Below are positions 17,548 through 27,165 of a stretch of 50,108 nucleotides of DNA, in pieces. This stretch comes from an uncultured Candidatus Woesearchaeota archaeon. GTDB taxonomy: Archaea > Nanobdellota > Nanobdellia > Woesearchaeales > 21-14-0-10-32-9. Where the stretch lies: contig CAITEO010000031.1 in NCBI GenBank assembly GCA_903891505.1, positions 1 to 50,108 on the forward strand, given 5' to 3'. The notes under the pieces are model-generated. The model did no database searches. It saw nothing but the letters and a program-made list of their open reading frames with translations, and had not been told where the DNA came from. Both the position numbers and the translations under genes were made by a program. Within the stretch, counting starts at the first letter, position 1, and each line of letters starts with the position of its first letter.

Positions 17548-19254
17548 ATGGTAACATTCGACGTAAACTTCAGAGAGCTAAGATCGGCGATTGGGAAAGA
17601 CATAACCGAACAAGAATTAGATGGTGTGCTCTTCGATATGGGCATGGAGCTTGAAGAAGTCAAGGGCGACGACGTAAAAATTTCAATTACGCCTGATAGA
17701 CCAGATATGTTATCGCTTCATGGACTTGCACGTGCACTTCGCGCATACATGTCGATAAAACCTGGAATACCAAAATACAATATTGTTCCATCAGATGTGC
17801 AGATAATCATAGACAAATCAGTTGCAAATGTAAGGCCCTATACAGCATCAGCAATTATCGATAATTTAAAATTTACTGACGACAAAATCAAAGAAATAAT
17901 TTGGGTGCAAGAAAAACTTCACCAAACATTTGCGCGAGGACGAAAGAAGTCATCCATCGGAATTTATCCAATGGAGAAAATAAAACCTCATATTTATTAT
18001 TTTGCTGAGGATCCAAAGAAAGTAAAATTTCATCCGCTTGGCGCAGAAAAAGAAATGAACGGAATAGAAATTTTGCGGAATCATCCGACTGGAAAAGAAT
18101 TCGCGCATTTACTTGATGGTTGCAAGAAATTTCCATTCTTCAAAGATGCAACAGGAAATATTCTATCAATGCCACCTATAATAAATTCAGAAATGACGGG
18201 CAGAGTTACAGAACAAACCACGTCTGTTTTTATAGAGTGCAGCGGATGGGATTTTAATGCATCAAAACAACTATTAAACATACTTGTCGCTGTGTTTCAG
18301 GACATGGGCGGAACAATAAAATCCGTCGAACTTCACTATCCTGACAAAGTAATAGTTAGTCCTAATTTCACGCCGATGTATAGAACAGTTTATGTGAAAG
18401 ATATAAACAAAATAATAGGAACGTCGTTATCAGCAGATGAATGCAAGAAACTTCTTGAGCGGATGATGTACGACGTTGTGATAAAAGAGGCAGGATTTGG
18501 AGGAAGCGACGAGAGCGGAACAGGAAAGTTCCCTGACAAAGATGCTGTACTCGAAGTTTCAATTCCTGCATTTCGAACAGACATTTGGCATGACATAGAT
18601 ATAATTGATGATGTTGCACGTGCATATGGCTTCAACAAAATGGAACCAACACTAACACTAGTTTCAACAACAGGCGCGCTTCTAAAAGAAACAAAACAAG
18701 AAGAAATCATAAAAAATATAATTGTAGGTCTTGGTTACAATCAAGCATTCACACTCTCTTTGACGTCGACCGATGATCAATTCGGCAAGATGAATCTTCC
18801 AGAGTTGCCTCATATACGACTTGGAACAACAGCAGAGAAATCACTTAACATGATAAGGCTCTGGCTAACTCCGGAATTAATCAAGTTCCTCGCAAACAAC
18901 AGAAACAAACCATATCCTCAGAGAGTATTCGAAGTTGCGGATATAATCTCGCCGAATAGCGAGAAAGATGTACTCTCTGAGAACAAGAAGAAAATATCTG
19001 TTGTCTCAGCGCATCCAACTGCGAATTTTACCGAGATAAAACAAATCTTTGAATACTTGATGAACATTAATGGAATAGAATTCACACTCCAAGAATCTAG
19101 TCATGGAAGTTTTGTTTCAGGGCGTTGCGCAGAAGTTCTCGTCGATGGAAAGAAGGTCGGAATCTTCGGCGAATTACATCCTAAAATTCTTGAGAATTGG
19201 GGTATCGAGATGCCGATAGTTGCGCTTGAATTAGATTTTGATATGTTTATGTGA
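17548..19254 (+). CDS. pheT: phenylalanine--tRNA ligase beta subunit (archaeal type)
   Basis: The N-terminus MVTFDVNFRELRSAIGKDITEQELDGVLFDMGMELEE, the B3/4 and B5 domain layout, the 568-aa length and the position beside pheS all fit. Confidence 0.95.
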   Translation: MVTFDVNFRELRSAIGKDITEQELDGVLFDMGMELEEVKGDDVKISITPDRPDMLSLHGLARALRAYMSIKPGIPKYNIVPSDVQIIIDKSVANVRPYTASAIIDNLKFTDDKIKEIIWVQEKLHQTFARGRKKSSIGIYPMEKIKPHIYYFAEDPKKVKFHPLGAEKEMNGIEILRNHPTGKEFAHLLDGCKKFPFFKDATGNILSMPPIINSEMTGRVTEQTTSVFIECSGWDFNASKQLLNILVAVFQDMGGTIKSVELHYPDKVIVSPNFTPMYRTVYVKDINKIIGTSLSADECKKLLERMMYDVVIKEAGFGGSDESGTGKFPDKDAVLEVSIPAFRTDIWHDIDIIDDVARAYGFNKMEPTLTLVSTTGALLKETKQEEIIKNIIVGLGYNQAFTLSLTSTDDQFGKMNLPELPHIRLGTTAEKSLNMIRLWLTPELIKFLANNRNKPYPQRVFEVADIISPNSEKDVLSENKKKISVVSAHPTANFTEIKQIFEYLMNINGIEFTLQESSHGSFVSGRCAEVLVDGKKVGIFGELHPKILENWGIEMPIVALELDFDMFM

Positions 19255-19334
19255 GATTCTTATTAATAATATTCTATTGACAATTTTTACTTCTAATTAT
19301 CTCTAATGATTTCTAATTATTTTTAATAATAATT

Positions 19335-19391
19335 TCTGATTTCATCCGCGCTATGCGCGGCTATGTCCGCCGTACGGCGGATTGAATCAGA
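19335..19391. repeat. double GC hairpin enclosed by an outer stem (REP-like), between the convergent pheT and M50 genes
   Basis: The outer stem pairs TCTGATTTCA with TGAATCAGA. The inner stems are CCGCGC-TAT-GCGCGG (19346-19360) and CCGCCG-TA-CGGCGG (19367-19380). Confidence 0.7.
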
Positions 19392-19465
19392 GAAATAATA
19401 GTTTAAGATTAAAAAAGTAGAAATATATTAAGCATAGAATGGAAACTGTAATCATGAAGATAATA

Positions 19466-20071
19466 TTACTGCATAACCATTCCGAAGATAGTCATTGCGA
19501 CTAGAAGTATTGCAACAATGAAGTATGCGCGTTTGTTCCACTTGTATATCTTTGCTCCGTCAAATGGACCAACAGGAATCATATTGAATAATCCAAGCCA
19601 CGAATTTATCAAAAATCCGTAGAGGAACACGAATTCTAGTAATCCTTTGAATAAAAGTAAGCCTGGCAGGAATGCAAGTGCAAGTATAAGATTCATGAGC
19701 GGACCTGCAAGAGCTATTAGTCCTTGTTGAACTCTATTTACGTAACCTTTTATTTGCACAGAGCCTGGTGCTGCAAAAATGAACCCGAAGATGCTCATCA
19801 CGAGTGCAAGTAAGAGCATCATGCTGTCTGATTTGAATTCTTCTTCGCAACCATACTTTCTTGCCATAAGTTTATGTCCTAGTTCATGAAGAAGAAATCC
19901 TAGACCGACTGTGCTTGTTGCAATCAGAAAATCAAGAAGTATTTTGCTGAACGCAAAATCTTTGCTCACAAGCGGATTTATCAGAATGATTGTGAATGCT
20001 ATGCTTATCGTGAGCCATGCCTTGAGAAGTTCCCATACTTCAACTCTGCTAACTTTTATAGGATGCTTCAT
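19466..20071 (-). CDS. M50-family (site-2 protease-like) membrane metalloprotease
   Basis: HELGH zinc motif within a TM helix. The protein is polytopic, with a C-terminal NMIPVGPFDG (LDG-like) motif. Confidence 0.8.
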   Translation of the reverse strand: MKHPIKVSRVEVWELLKAWLTISIAFTIILINPLVSKDFAFSKILLDFLIATSTVGLGFLLHELGHKLMARKYGCEEEFKSDSMMLLLALVMSIFGFIFAAPGSVQIKGYVNRVQQGLIALAGPLMNLILALAFLPGLLLFKGLLEFVFLYGFLINSWLGLFNMIPVGPFDGAKIYKWNKRAYFIVAILLVAMTIFGMVMQ

Positions 20072-20229
20072 TATCTTTATTACTCTATCTTGTTCTTTAT
20101 TTGCTTTTTGGTTTTAGTCGCAGAATATTCGGAAACTTTCTGATAACAATTATAATTTCTTTCTTCTTTTATTATATTTAGTTGAATATTATTAAATAAT
20201 TGTGTTGCTCCAAATGAAAAAATATTTAT

Positions 20230-20257
20230 ATTAATACCATATTAACATGGTATTAAT
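20230..20257. promoter_or_regulatory. perfect 11-bp inverted repeat with a 6-bp spacer (ATTAATACCAT-ATTAAC-ATGGTATTAAT); candidate operator of the TA operon
   Basis: Lies 60 nt upstream of the antitoxin start at 20317. It is flanked by direct TATATTAATA words at 20227 and 20260. Confidence 0.55.
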
Positions 20258-20316
20258 ACTATATTAATATGCATCAATTCCAGAATAGAGCATAAAAAAT
20301 GTTTTGGGGCGATAAA

Positions 20317-20565
20317 ATGGTACAAGCTATAATAGACATTAATGATGACACGAACAGAGTTTTGAATATGGTCAAGGCGAAGTTCAGTCTCAGGGACAAA
20401 AGTGCGGCGATAGAAATGATGGCGAAAGAATATAGGGAAAATATGCTTGAGCCTGAACTTAGGCCAGAGTTCATAGCTGCTACAAATAAGACGATGAAAC
20501 AGAAGCCTATTTATGTTGGAACTGTTGAGGACTTTAGAAAAAGATATGGTATAAAGAAGCCATGA
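20317..20565 (+). CDS. putative antitoxin (small archaeal DUF2683-like / RHH-like protein)
   Basis: MVQAIIDINDDTNRVLNMVKAKFSLRDKSAAIEMMAKEY. It lies directly upstream of a RelE-like gene. The ORF track begins at 20299, but the ATG at 20317 is the better start. Confidence 0.6.
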   Translation: MVQAIIDINDDTNRVLNMVKAKFSLRDKSAAIEMMAKEYRENMLEPELRPEFIAATNKTMKQKPIYVGTVEDFRKRYGIKKP

Positions 20566-20609
20566 TTTGATTTGCGCTTCTTTGTTCTATATGACTAGGA
20601 AGGAGTGCA

Positions 20610-20879
20610 ATGATTTATGGGGTTATTATAAATCCAGATTTGGATAAAAAGTTGTTCAAGCTCACCAAGAGAAATCCGAAACAACTTGAAATGATTCATA
20701 AAAAAATTGGTGAAATAATTGAGAATCCGCATCGTTACAAGAATCTTCGAACGCCACGTAATACGTGGAAGCGAGTGCACATAGACGAGCATTTCGTTCT
20801 TTGCTTTTCAATCGATGAAATCAATAAGACTATCGTTCTTGAAGCATTCGATCATCACGACAGGATATATTTGGAATAA
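20610..20879 (+). CDS. RelE/ParE-superfamily toxin (type II TA)
   Basis: 89 aa. It has the typical K..KLTKRNPKQL..I.KKI..I..NP..YK.L and a C-terminal ...VLEAFDHHDRIY. The SD-like GGAAGGAG lies 8 nt upstream. Confidence 0.75.
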   Translation: MIYGVIINPDLDKKLFKLTKRNPKQLEMIHKKIGEIIENPHRYKNLRTPRNTWKRVHIDEHFVLCFSIDEINKTIVLEAFDHHDRIYLE

Positions 20880-20978
20880 AGATAAAATAAAGATGAAAGA
20901 TAAAAGAAACATTTGAACAATCAATTCCGAAATATATATATATATCAATTGAACTGAAGTTGTTCTGGTGATGTTAAA

Positions 20979-21140
20979 ATGATGACCAAAGAAGAAGTTA
21001 TGGTTGCACACGTAGAACTAAGAAATGAAATTAGTGATTGGTTGAACCTCGTCGATGAAGGAAGGATGAAAGAAGCAGGGGATGTCGCAATTACAATTGG
21101 TAATAAGTTCAAATCCCTAGGAAACCAATTGAGAAAGTAG
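20979..21140 (+). CDS. possible small helical protein (53 aa), function unknown
   Basis: Found by reading the sequence, because it is below the ORF-track cutoff. It reads MMTKEEVMVAHVELRNEISDWLNLVDEGRMKEAGDVAITIGNKFKSLGNQLRK. No homology was recognised. Confidence 0.3.
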   Translation: MMTKEEVMVAHVELRNEISDWLNLVDEGRMKEAGDVAITIGNKFKSLGNQLRK

Positions 21141-21153
21141 TTTTTTATAACTT

Positions 21154-22875
21154 TTATTTCTTCAAGCTTCTATTGATTGCTTCGTTGCGGATGCTATCAG
21201 GGATTGTCGGCGTCGCTTTAGTATTCGTATTCTTATTATTTTGAGTTGTAGGTTTATTATTCTGTGGCGTCTTATTATTTGTATTTGAAGAAATTATTCT
21301 AGGTGGTGCCCTTGGAGGAATCTTTGGTTTCATTTCTTTTCGTGACTCTTCTTTTTCGCCTTTTCCTGCTATTTCTTTTCCATCTCCGCGTTTCTCTTTC
21401 TTTTCAGGAGAAACAGCAGCTACAATGTTCTTTCCATGCTCCTTGTTCTCGAATATCTCAACAGAGTGACCGTGTCTTGGCCGAAGAGTTATGAAGTGCT
21501 TATGGAACCTGCCTTCCTTGAAGTTTATTGTGACAACCTTCTCCTCTTGGATTAATGGAATGAATATTATTGCAACAACAAATCTAAGCGTTCCTGAAAC
21601 GAAGAGCAGCCAGAGTATTGTCGAGCTAAATAGGAACGGAGGAAGGTTATAGATTAATGTTCCGATAAGAACTCCTAGAAATATTCCAACGCCGAGCACC
21701 ACTTTGTTATATGCATAGAATTTTACTTTATATTCTGGTTTTACAGATTCAAACATGAATGCTGAACATGAAAGATTGAATCCAGCCCACATTATTCCTG
21801 AGCAGAACTCTATTGTTGCAAGAATCATCCAGTTAGTTGTTGTCATCCAAAGCAATGGTGATACTACAATTAAGAAGGATGTGATTGAGAAGATTCGTTT
21901 TGATCCATATTTGTCTGTAAGTTTTCCCCATAAATGCATAGATAGCAGTGCGCTAACAACTGATGCGAGTGTGATTATAGTAAAAACAAGATAGTTGAAT
22001 TTCAAAACTTTTAACATGTATATTGCGTAGAATGGAGAAACAATGTTAACAACAAGTTGGAATAGTGCGTAGAATGTGGTAAACATGCCGAAGTTGTTTT
22101 CTCTTATTGTTAAAATAAATTCTCTGAAACTATATTTTGAGACTTCTGATCTTTTTTTCGCAACAGGATTTGGATCAATCATCTTAGCTTGATATCTCGC
22201 GCCGAGGAATGCGGTGATTGCAGCTATTCCGAAAATTACTGCGAAACCAATTAATTCATTTACTCCTGCGAACCAATTTAAGATGAGTCCTGCAAGAATC
22301 ATGCTTCCAAGATTTGCAATTCCAGTAAGGATGCTTCTAACACCGAGGAATTTACCTAGTTTATCTCCTGGAACAGTGTCACTTATTATCGCAGTCCATA
22401 TTGGAGAAATAATATTTCCAACAACAATATCAAGTGTTACAAATATGATTAGAAGTATGGGGCTCTTGATGGCAAGAAATGCCATGAGCATAATAATTAC
22501 CCACGTAAGTGACTCAATGTACGACGCATAAACCATAACTATTTTTCTTCGTTTCAAAAACTCAATTATGCGCTCTGTGAATAACCCTAAAAAGGCACCA
22601 ACTAACTGGGGAATAGATGTAAGAAAAGTAACAATGGTTGGACTCATGCCTATTGCAAGACCGAATGGAACAGCAAAATTCTGGCTAACTCCTGCCTTTA
22701 TGTTTTTTAAAACACCTTCTCTTTTTGAGGCGTTGATTGTTTTCTCTCTTTGCTCAGTTATTGAATCTTGAAAGGATTCATTTGATTTAGATTTGTCTTC
22801 TTTTTTTGCAGAACTAGGGCATTTAATAGGTATATCTGTTAACGTCTTTCCTTCGCTTCTTATTTTCACACCCAT
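21154..22875 (-). CDS. MFS transporter with a C-terminal Lys/Pro/Asn-rich tail
   Basis: About 12 TM helices and the MFS loop motif WGKLTDKYGSKR. I trimmed the start to the ATG at 22875 (MGVKIRSEG). The 98 upstream codons of the ORF track run through AT-rich promoter DNA. Confidence 0.8.
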   Translation of the reverse strand: MGVKIRSEGKTLTDIPIKCPSSAKKEDKSKSNESFQDSITEQREKTINASKREGVLKNIKAGVSQNFAVPFGLAIGMSPTIVTFLTSIPQLVGAFLGLFTERIIEFLKRRKIVMVYASYIESLTWVIIMLMAFLAIKSPILLIIFVTLDIVVGNIISPIWTAIISDTVPGDKLGKFLGVRSILTGIANLGSMILAGLILNWFAGVNELIGFAVIFGIAAITAFLGARYQAKMIDPNPVAKKRSEVSKYSFREFILTIRENNFGMFTTFYALFQLVVNIVSPFYAIYMLKVLKFNYLVFTIITLASVVSALLSMHLWGKLTDKYGSKRIFSITSFLIVVSPLLWMTTTNWMILATIEFCSGIMWAGFNLSCSAFMFESVKPEYKVKFYAYNKVVLGVGIFLGVLIGTLIYNLPPFLFSSTILWLLFVSGTLRFVVAIIFIPLIQEEKVVTINFKEGRFHKHFITLRPRHGHSVEIFENKEHGKNIVAAVSPEKKEKRGDGKEIAGKGEKEESRKEMKPKIPPRAPPRIISSNTNNKTPQNNKPTTQNNKNTNTKATPTIPDSIRNEAINRSLKK

Positions 22876-23101
22876 AAAACACAAGACCCTCTCTCGATAT
22901 ATAAAAGTTATGGCACGATATGTGAAAGAAGAACAAAAGATAATAAAAGAGAACATAAGAGAACGTAAGAGTGCAAAAAAGAAAAGACTAGAACACACGA
23001 GAACAAAAAAGAATAAATACGAACTAAAAGTGGAAAATAATATAAATAATAGAAGAATAATAAATGAATAATAAAAAACGGTAGTTGCTAGGGGTGCAAA
23101 T

Positions 23102-23959
23102 TTGCAAAACAAGATTGGATACGTATTATTTATTCTATGCGTTAGTCTGTGCGCTAGTCTATTAATCATACCAATAGTTAGAGCAGAAGATCATTACGCA
23201 GATATACAAGTAACTTTGCAAAAAGATGGCACGGCACAAGTCACAGGAATATCAACGGAATCTCGCTTTTCAACAGGAGTTCATGATGATTATACAAGCA
23301 AGAAAGGTTCATTTTGGCTCTTGAATTTAACATCAACAACGAATCTTTCAGATTATTTCATCTCGCTCACGTTTCCTGAGAACACCGAAATAAATTATCT
23401 GAAAGTCAGCGGTAGATCAAGAATAAGCGCGGAAGACAAGCTTATGATTGTGACGACAGGTACAGATGAACCAATGAATATAGTAGTTCAATACAGAATC
23501 AACAGCAACACATCATCTCTTCTTTTCTTGTGGGTCGCAATAGTCATAGTGGTTCTGATTATTTTAGGATTCTTTTTTTGGAGATACAAAAAATCTAGAA
23601 AGAACAATGAGCACAACGAACATAGAAAAAAGGTTGATGAAAAAGAAAATAATGAGGTAAGAAATAAAAGCGGAAAAAAAGAGAGCGAGAAAGAAAGTAA
23701 AAAAGAATCAGAGACTCGTAAAGAATCCGAGAAACTAATTGTTCTAAGAAAAATATTATCCGAGAATCAATTGAAAATATTGAATTTATTGCTTGATGCA
23801 AACGGCGAATTAACTCAAAAACAACTCCAGCATCGTTCAGGATTTGCAAAGGCCACACTTTCAAGAAATATCGAATTGCTCTCGAAGAAAAATATCATAG
23901 TCAAACAATCTCGTGGCATGACAAACATGATAATTCTAAATAAAGAACTAGTTGAGTAA
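23102..23959 (+). CDS. membrane-tethered winged-helix regulator with an N-terminal extracytoplasmic domain
   Basis: Signal/anchor, about 120-aa outer domain, TM segment (LLFLWVAIVIVVLIILGFFFW) and Lys/Glu-rich linker. The C-terminal wHTH is LSENQLKILNLLLDANGELTQKQLQHRSGFAKATLSRNIELLSKKNIIVKQSRGMTNMIIL. The start codon is TTG. Confidence 0.7.
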   Translation: MQNKIGYVLFILCVSLCASLLIIPIVRAEDHYADIQVTLQKDGTAQVTGISTESRFSTGVHDDYTSKKGSFWLLNLTSTTNLSDYFISLTFPENTEINYLKVSGRSRISAEDKLMIVTTGTDEPMNIVVQYRINSNTSSLLFLWVAIVIVVLIILGFFFWRYKKSRKNNEHNEHRKKVDEKENNEVRNKSGKKESEKESKKESETRKESEKLIVLRKILSENQLKILNLLLDANGELTQKQLQHRSGFAKATLSRNIELLSKKNIIVKQSRGMTNMIILNKELVE

Positions 23960-24014
23960 ATATAGTCGAGTGAATGCGTTTAATCTAAATTCTATTTTTC
24001 TTCCGTTCCATAGT

Positions 24015-24064
24015 TGTTCCGCTTTGTTCCGCATGTTCCGGGAAGGATATATATGTTGTTCCGC
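24015..24064 (+). promoter_or_regulatory. array of TGTTCCG(C/G) direct repeats upstream of the LTXXQ protein gene
   Basis: TGTTCCGC occurs at 24015, 24025 and 24057. TGTTCCGG occurs at 24034, and a related TTCCGTTCC at 24001. The three central copies are about one helical turn apart. Confidence 0.45.
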
Positions 24065-24214
24065 ATTATCACTTCTTAGAACAGATGCAAATGAGGACAT
24101 CTGCGAGGAGAAAGCGAAAACAATATTGTTTTCAGAATCTTCTCAAAAATAATAAGGAGATGAAGAAAACTAATAGTTTTCTAAACCTTCTCGAAAAACT
24201 CGGAGGAAAACAAA

Positions 24215-25375
24215 ATGAAAATCGGAAAATGGTTAATGGCAATGTTCGCCATGGCCCTAATTATGTTTGCAGTACCAGCGGTGGTATTTGCGCAGTCAGA
24301 TAATTCTGCATCAGGAACCATAGTATCAGATTCTGTGGTACAAAGTACAGGTGTTGCACAAAGTACTGGTGTTGCTGAGAGTGCAAGTGTGGCACAAAGT
24401 ACAGGTATTGCACCAAGTACGGACGTTGTGAATGATACAGATATATCTATAATAAAAACACCATCTGGCATGAAAGTAAGATTACTTCAGCTTCAAAAGT
24501 CAGTTGTAAGACAAGCAAAAATTGGACAGCTTATAATAGACGAAATACACATATTAGGATATAATGTAAGCACGACAAATCTAGAGACATATGTTAGTGA
24601 TATGAATTCTTTGAATGATAAAATAACAATCGAGCTTGCAAAGAATCCTATAACTACAACGCCGCAAGAGTTTGTTGATATGAAAGCGAAAGCGATAGAA
24701 ATATCATTTAACTTCAAAAAAGAGTTGTACAACATTTTAACACCTGATCAGCTTAATGCGGTAAAGAAAGCAATCAAGGATAAAATGCCAAAAGATAGCG
24801 ACTCAGTAATCAGTGCAATAGATACAAAAATAAAAGATGCTGTGAAATCATTCAACTCAAATAGAGCCTTGAATATGATGGATAAGTTCGGCATAAATGA
24901 TTCCGCTTTAAAGAGTGAAATTGCTGCTGGAAATTTTACTGCGAAAGATGTCAAAGACGCACTTAAGACAGACATGAAAGATGCGATGAAACAGAAAAAA
25001 CAGCAAATAATGGACACAATTAAAACTGAAAAAGACCAGAACCAAAAAGATAAGCTTACTTTGGAATCAACTAATATAGGTCTAAACCAAACTGCTGCGA
25101 ACGCAATAATATATGACAGCACATTGACTCAGCAAGAAAAGCAAGCGAAGCTAAGAATTCTTGCAAGAGATGAAGGAAAAATAGGACCAGGAATGAGCCA
25201 AGGTATACCTGGTGGCAACAGAACAAGAATAGGCCAAGGAAATGGTCTAGGTAATGAAATAGGCAATGGACGAAGAATGATGGGTCCTTCAATAAGAGAT
25301 GGAAATCAAACAGGCAACTGGACAAATGATACCAACTCAACTATGATGAATTGGAACCTTAGAGGAAGAAGGTGA
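24215..25375 (+). CDS. secreted helical protein with LTXXQ-type motifs (Spy/CpxP-like) and an STG(V/I)A repeat region
   Basis: Signal peptide MKIGKWLMAMFAMALIMFAVPAVVFAQ. Repeats read STGVAQSTGVAESASVAQSTGIAPS. LTPDQ and LTQQE motifs are present, and the C-terminus is Gly/Asn-rich. Confidence 0.6.
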   Translation: MKIGKWLMAMFAMALIMFAVPAVVFAQSDNSASGTIVSDSVVQSTGVAQSTGVAESASVAQSTGIAPSTDVVNDTDISIIKTPSGMKVRLLQLQKSVVRQAKIGQLIIDEIHILGYNVSTTNLETYVSDMNSLNDKITIELAKNPITTTPQEFVDMKAKAIEISFNFKKELYNILTPDQLNAVKKAIKDKMPKDSDSVISAIDTKIKDAVKSFNSNRALNMMDKFGINDSALKSEIAAGNFTAKDVKDALKTDMKDAMKQKKQQIMDTIKTEKDQNQKDKLTLESTNIGLNQTAANAIIYDSTLTQQEKQAKLRILARDEGKIGPGMSQGIPGGNRTRIGQGNGLGNEIGNGRRMMGPSIRDGNQTGNWTNDTNSTMMNWNLRGRR

Positions 25376-25587
25376 GCAAGATGAGAAAGCTAATAGTTGG
25401 TATATCTGTGCTTGTAGTACTAAGTCTGCTTGTGATTGCTGGATGCAGTCTGAATAAAACAGCAACATCAAACAATCCATCAGTAAATACACAAACCGGA
25501 ACAGACCAAGCAGCAACTCCTGATGGCTACGTAAACGACCAGATTGTTGATGAGAATTCAACCGTTGAAATAGGAACGTTAATCTAA
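25372..25587 (+). CDS. small lipoprotein-like protein
   Basis: MSKMRKLIVGISVLVVLSLLVIAGC contains the lipobox-like IAGC. Its start overlaps the upstream stop by 4 nt (ATGA), which suggests co-translation. Confidence 0.5.
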   Translation: MSKMRKLIVGISVLVVLSLLVIAGCSLNKTATSNNPSVNTQTGTDQAATPDGYVNDQIVDENSTVEIGTLI

Positions 25588-25730
25588 GAAATATAACAAA
25601 CCAATCTTTTATTTTTTTATTTTTATGAGTTTTTTCTTTTTTGACATTCGCGTTTTCTTTATTTTTGATTTTATACGTTTATACTAAATAGGCCGTCAAA
25701 TTTATATTTTGGTGTATTATTCTTCTAATT

Positions 25731-26198
25731 ATGTTGTTAAAAAAAAATGGAGTTCGTAAGTATATAACTGAAATACCTGCGAATTATGTGGCAAAGCCTC
25801 TTAATCAAAAAAAAGTTGCGGAGCAAGAGAATGAGTCTAAAACTATTGAGCCTAATTTCATAAACGAACTCGTTGGAGATAATTGTGCAGGAGTTAAGTT
25901 GGAGAGGGGAGATGTGTATTTCTCAATTAAACAAAACAGAAATTTAGTGTACGGGGGCAGATTTACATTAGGGCCTGGATTTCGTAAAGATTGGATTGCT
26001 TGTTATGGCAAATTGATTGGACGAATACAATTAGACGATACCGAACTTAGTGGTACAGTGTATGGTCCAGATGGCGAGGAAGTTTTAGGTAAGATAATAA
26101 TAGATAAAGTAAGCAAGTTTGTGACAAGAGATAAAACTAAGTCTTTTGAAGTTCCGGGTTTAGGTTTATTTCTAAATGAGAATTATAGAAAAATGTAG
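25731..26198 (+). CDS. hypothetical protein
   Basis: 155-aa ORF with ordinary composition. No motif recognised. Confidence 0.45.
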   Translation: MLLKKNGVRKYITEIPANYVAKPLNQKKVAEQENESKTIEPNFINELVGDNCAGVKLERGDVYFSIKQNRNLVYGGRFTLGPGFRKDWIACYGKLIGRIQLDDTELSGTVYGPDGEEVLGKIIIDKVSKFVTRDKTKSFEVPGLGLFLNENYRKM

Positions 26199-26270
26199 TT
26201 TTGATTTTTTCAACATTTCTTCAATTAACTTTATAATATATTATTGATTTCTAGGAAGTTAGGTGACTTT

Positions 26271-26579
26271 ATGAAAGAACAAAAACATGAACACAAAGAA
26301 CATGAACACACAGCACAAGGGCATAAACACGATTGTGAGCACGGATGCGCGCATGACGAAGAAGACTTTGATATTGAAAAAGACTTCAACAAACTAGCTC
26401 TTGAAGAAGTTGTCTATGGCAACCAGCACGTTTTGAACATACTACTAGATATTCTAATAGAAAAAGGATTAATTAGTGAGCAGGAGTTCAAAGACAAGCT
26501 CGAAGAAATGATTGCTGCAAGCCAGGAACTTGATGAAGCAAGCAACGTCAACATTGAACTTCCTGAAGACGAAGAATAA
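26271..26579 (+). CDS. small acidic protein with an N-terminal His/Cys-rich (metal-binding-like) segment
   Basis: MKEQKHEHKEHEHTAQGHKHDCEHGCAHDEED. The ATG at 26271 follows the SD-like AGGTGA. A TATA-like TTTATAATA lies at 26230-26238. The ORF track begins at the TTG at 26244. Confidence 0.5.
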   Translation: MKEQKHEHKEHEHTAQGHKHDCEHGCAHDEEDFDIEKDFNKLALEEVVYGNQHVLNILLDILIEKGLISEQEFKDKLEEMIAASQELDEASNVNIELPEDEE

Positions 26580-26697
26580 GCATAAGTAAATTTATTTATA
26601 TTTTTTCCTTTTTCTTTTATTATTTCTTATAGTTCTTTCATTTATTATTTCATTATTCAAATGCTGTTCAGCAAGCAGATATTAGTTATTATTTTCT

Positions 26698-27021
26698 CTA
26701 ATGAACAAAGTATTCTCCCACCACGGAAAATAGGATCATAAGTCCTATGAACATCGAAATAAACACAGGTATTGCTTTTTCTTTATTCCATATTATACTA
26801 ATTATTCCTGCAAAAAAAGAGGCTACGCCAGATAGTCCGACAAACAGCATAACTAAGAAAACAGGCAGATTATCGAGAGGCGTACTATTTGATATCGGGC
26901 CTTGAATTAGCATAATTATTCTTGCTATTATTAGTAGTATGAAGAACGCTATGATGAGATACACGGACCATTTTCCAAGTTTGGTTCTTGGAAAGATTAG
27001 ATTCCTGAACTTTCTGTCCAT
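26698..27021 (-). CDS. hypothetical membrane protein (3 TM)
   Basis: 107 aa with three clear hydrophobic helices. Confidence 0.55.
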   Translation of the reverse strand: MDRKFRNLIFPRTKLGKWSVYLIIAFFILLIIARIIMLIQGPISNSTPLDNLPVFLVMLFVGLSGVASFFAGIISIIWNKEKAIPVFISMFIGLMILFSVVGEYFVH

Positions 27022-27165
27022 GCTATTTCTTTGATTGCGTGTTTAATAAAGTTTGTGCAAAACGAGTTCAAGAGAAAGAACAAAATTGGTCGAGCATTAG
27101 TTTGTTGAGTGCTGCAGGGCACACGCCACTAGTCAACTTCTCGCGTAGCAGATATAAATAAAAGA

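Noticed and set aside
17397-17663. 88-aa minus-strand ORF spanning the pheS-pheT intergenic region and the pheT start
   Set aside because: It overlaps the pheT N-terminus in antisense and translates A-rich spacer DNA into low-complexity sequence.
22876-23169. N-terminal 98 codons of the 671-aa ORF (21154..23169, minus strand)
   Set aside because: The segment reads as Phe/Leu/Ser-rich translation of AT-rich promoter DNA. It also overlaps the divergent gene starting at 23102. The ATG at 22875 gives a normal MFS N-terminus.
24330-24420. Tandem DNA repeats (GTACAAAGTACAGGTGTTGCA-like)
   Set aside because: They are in frame within the 24215..25375 gene and encode the STG(V/I)A(Q/E/P) peptide repeat. 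They are not an independent non-coding repeat.
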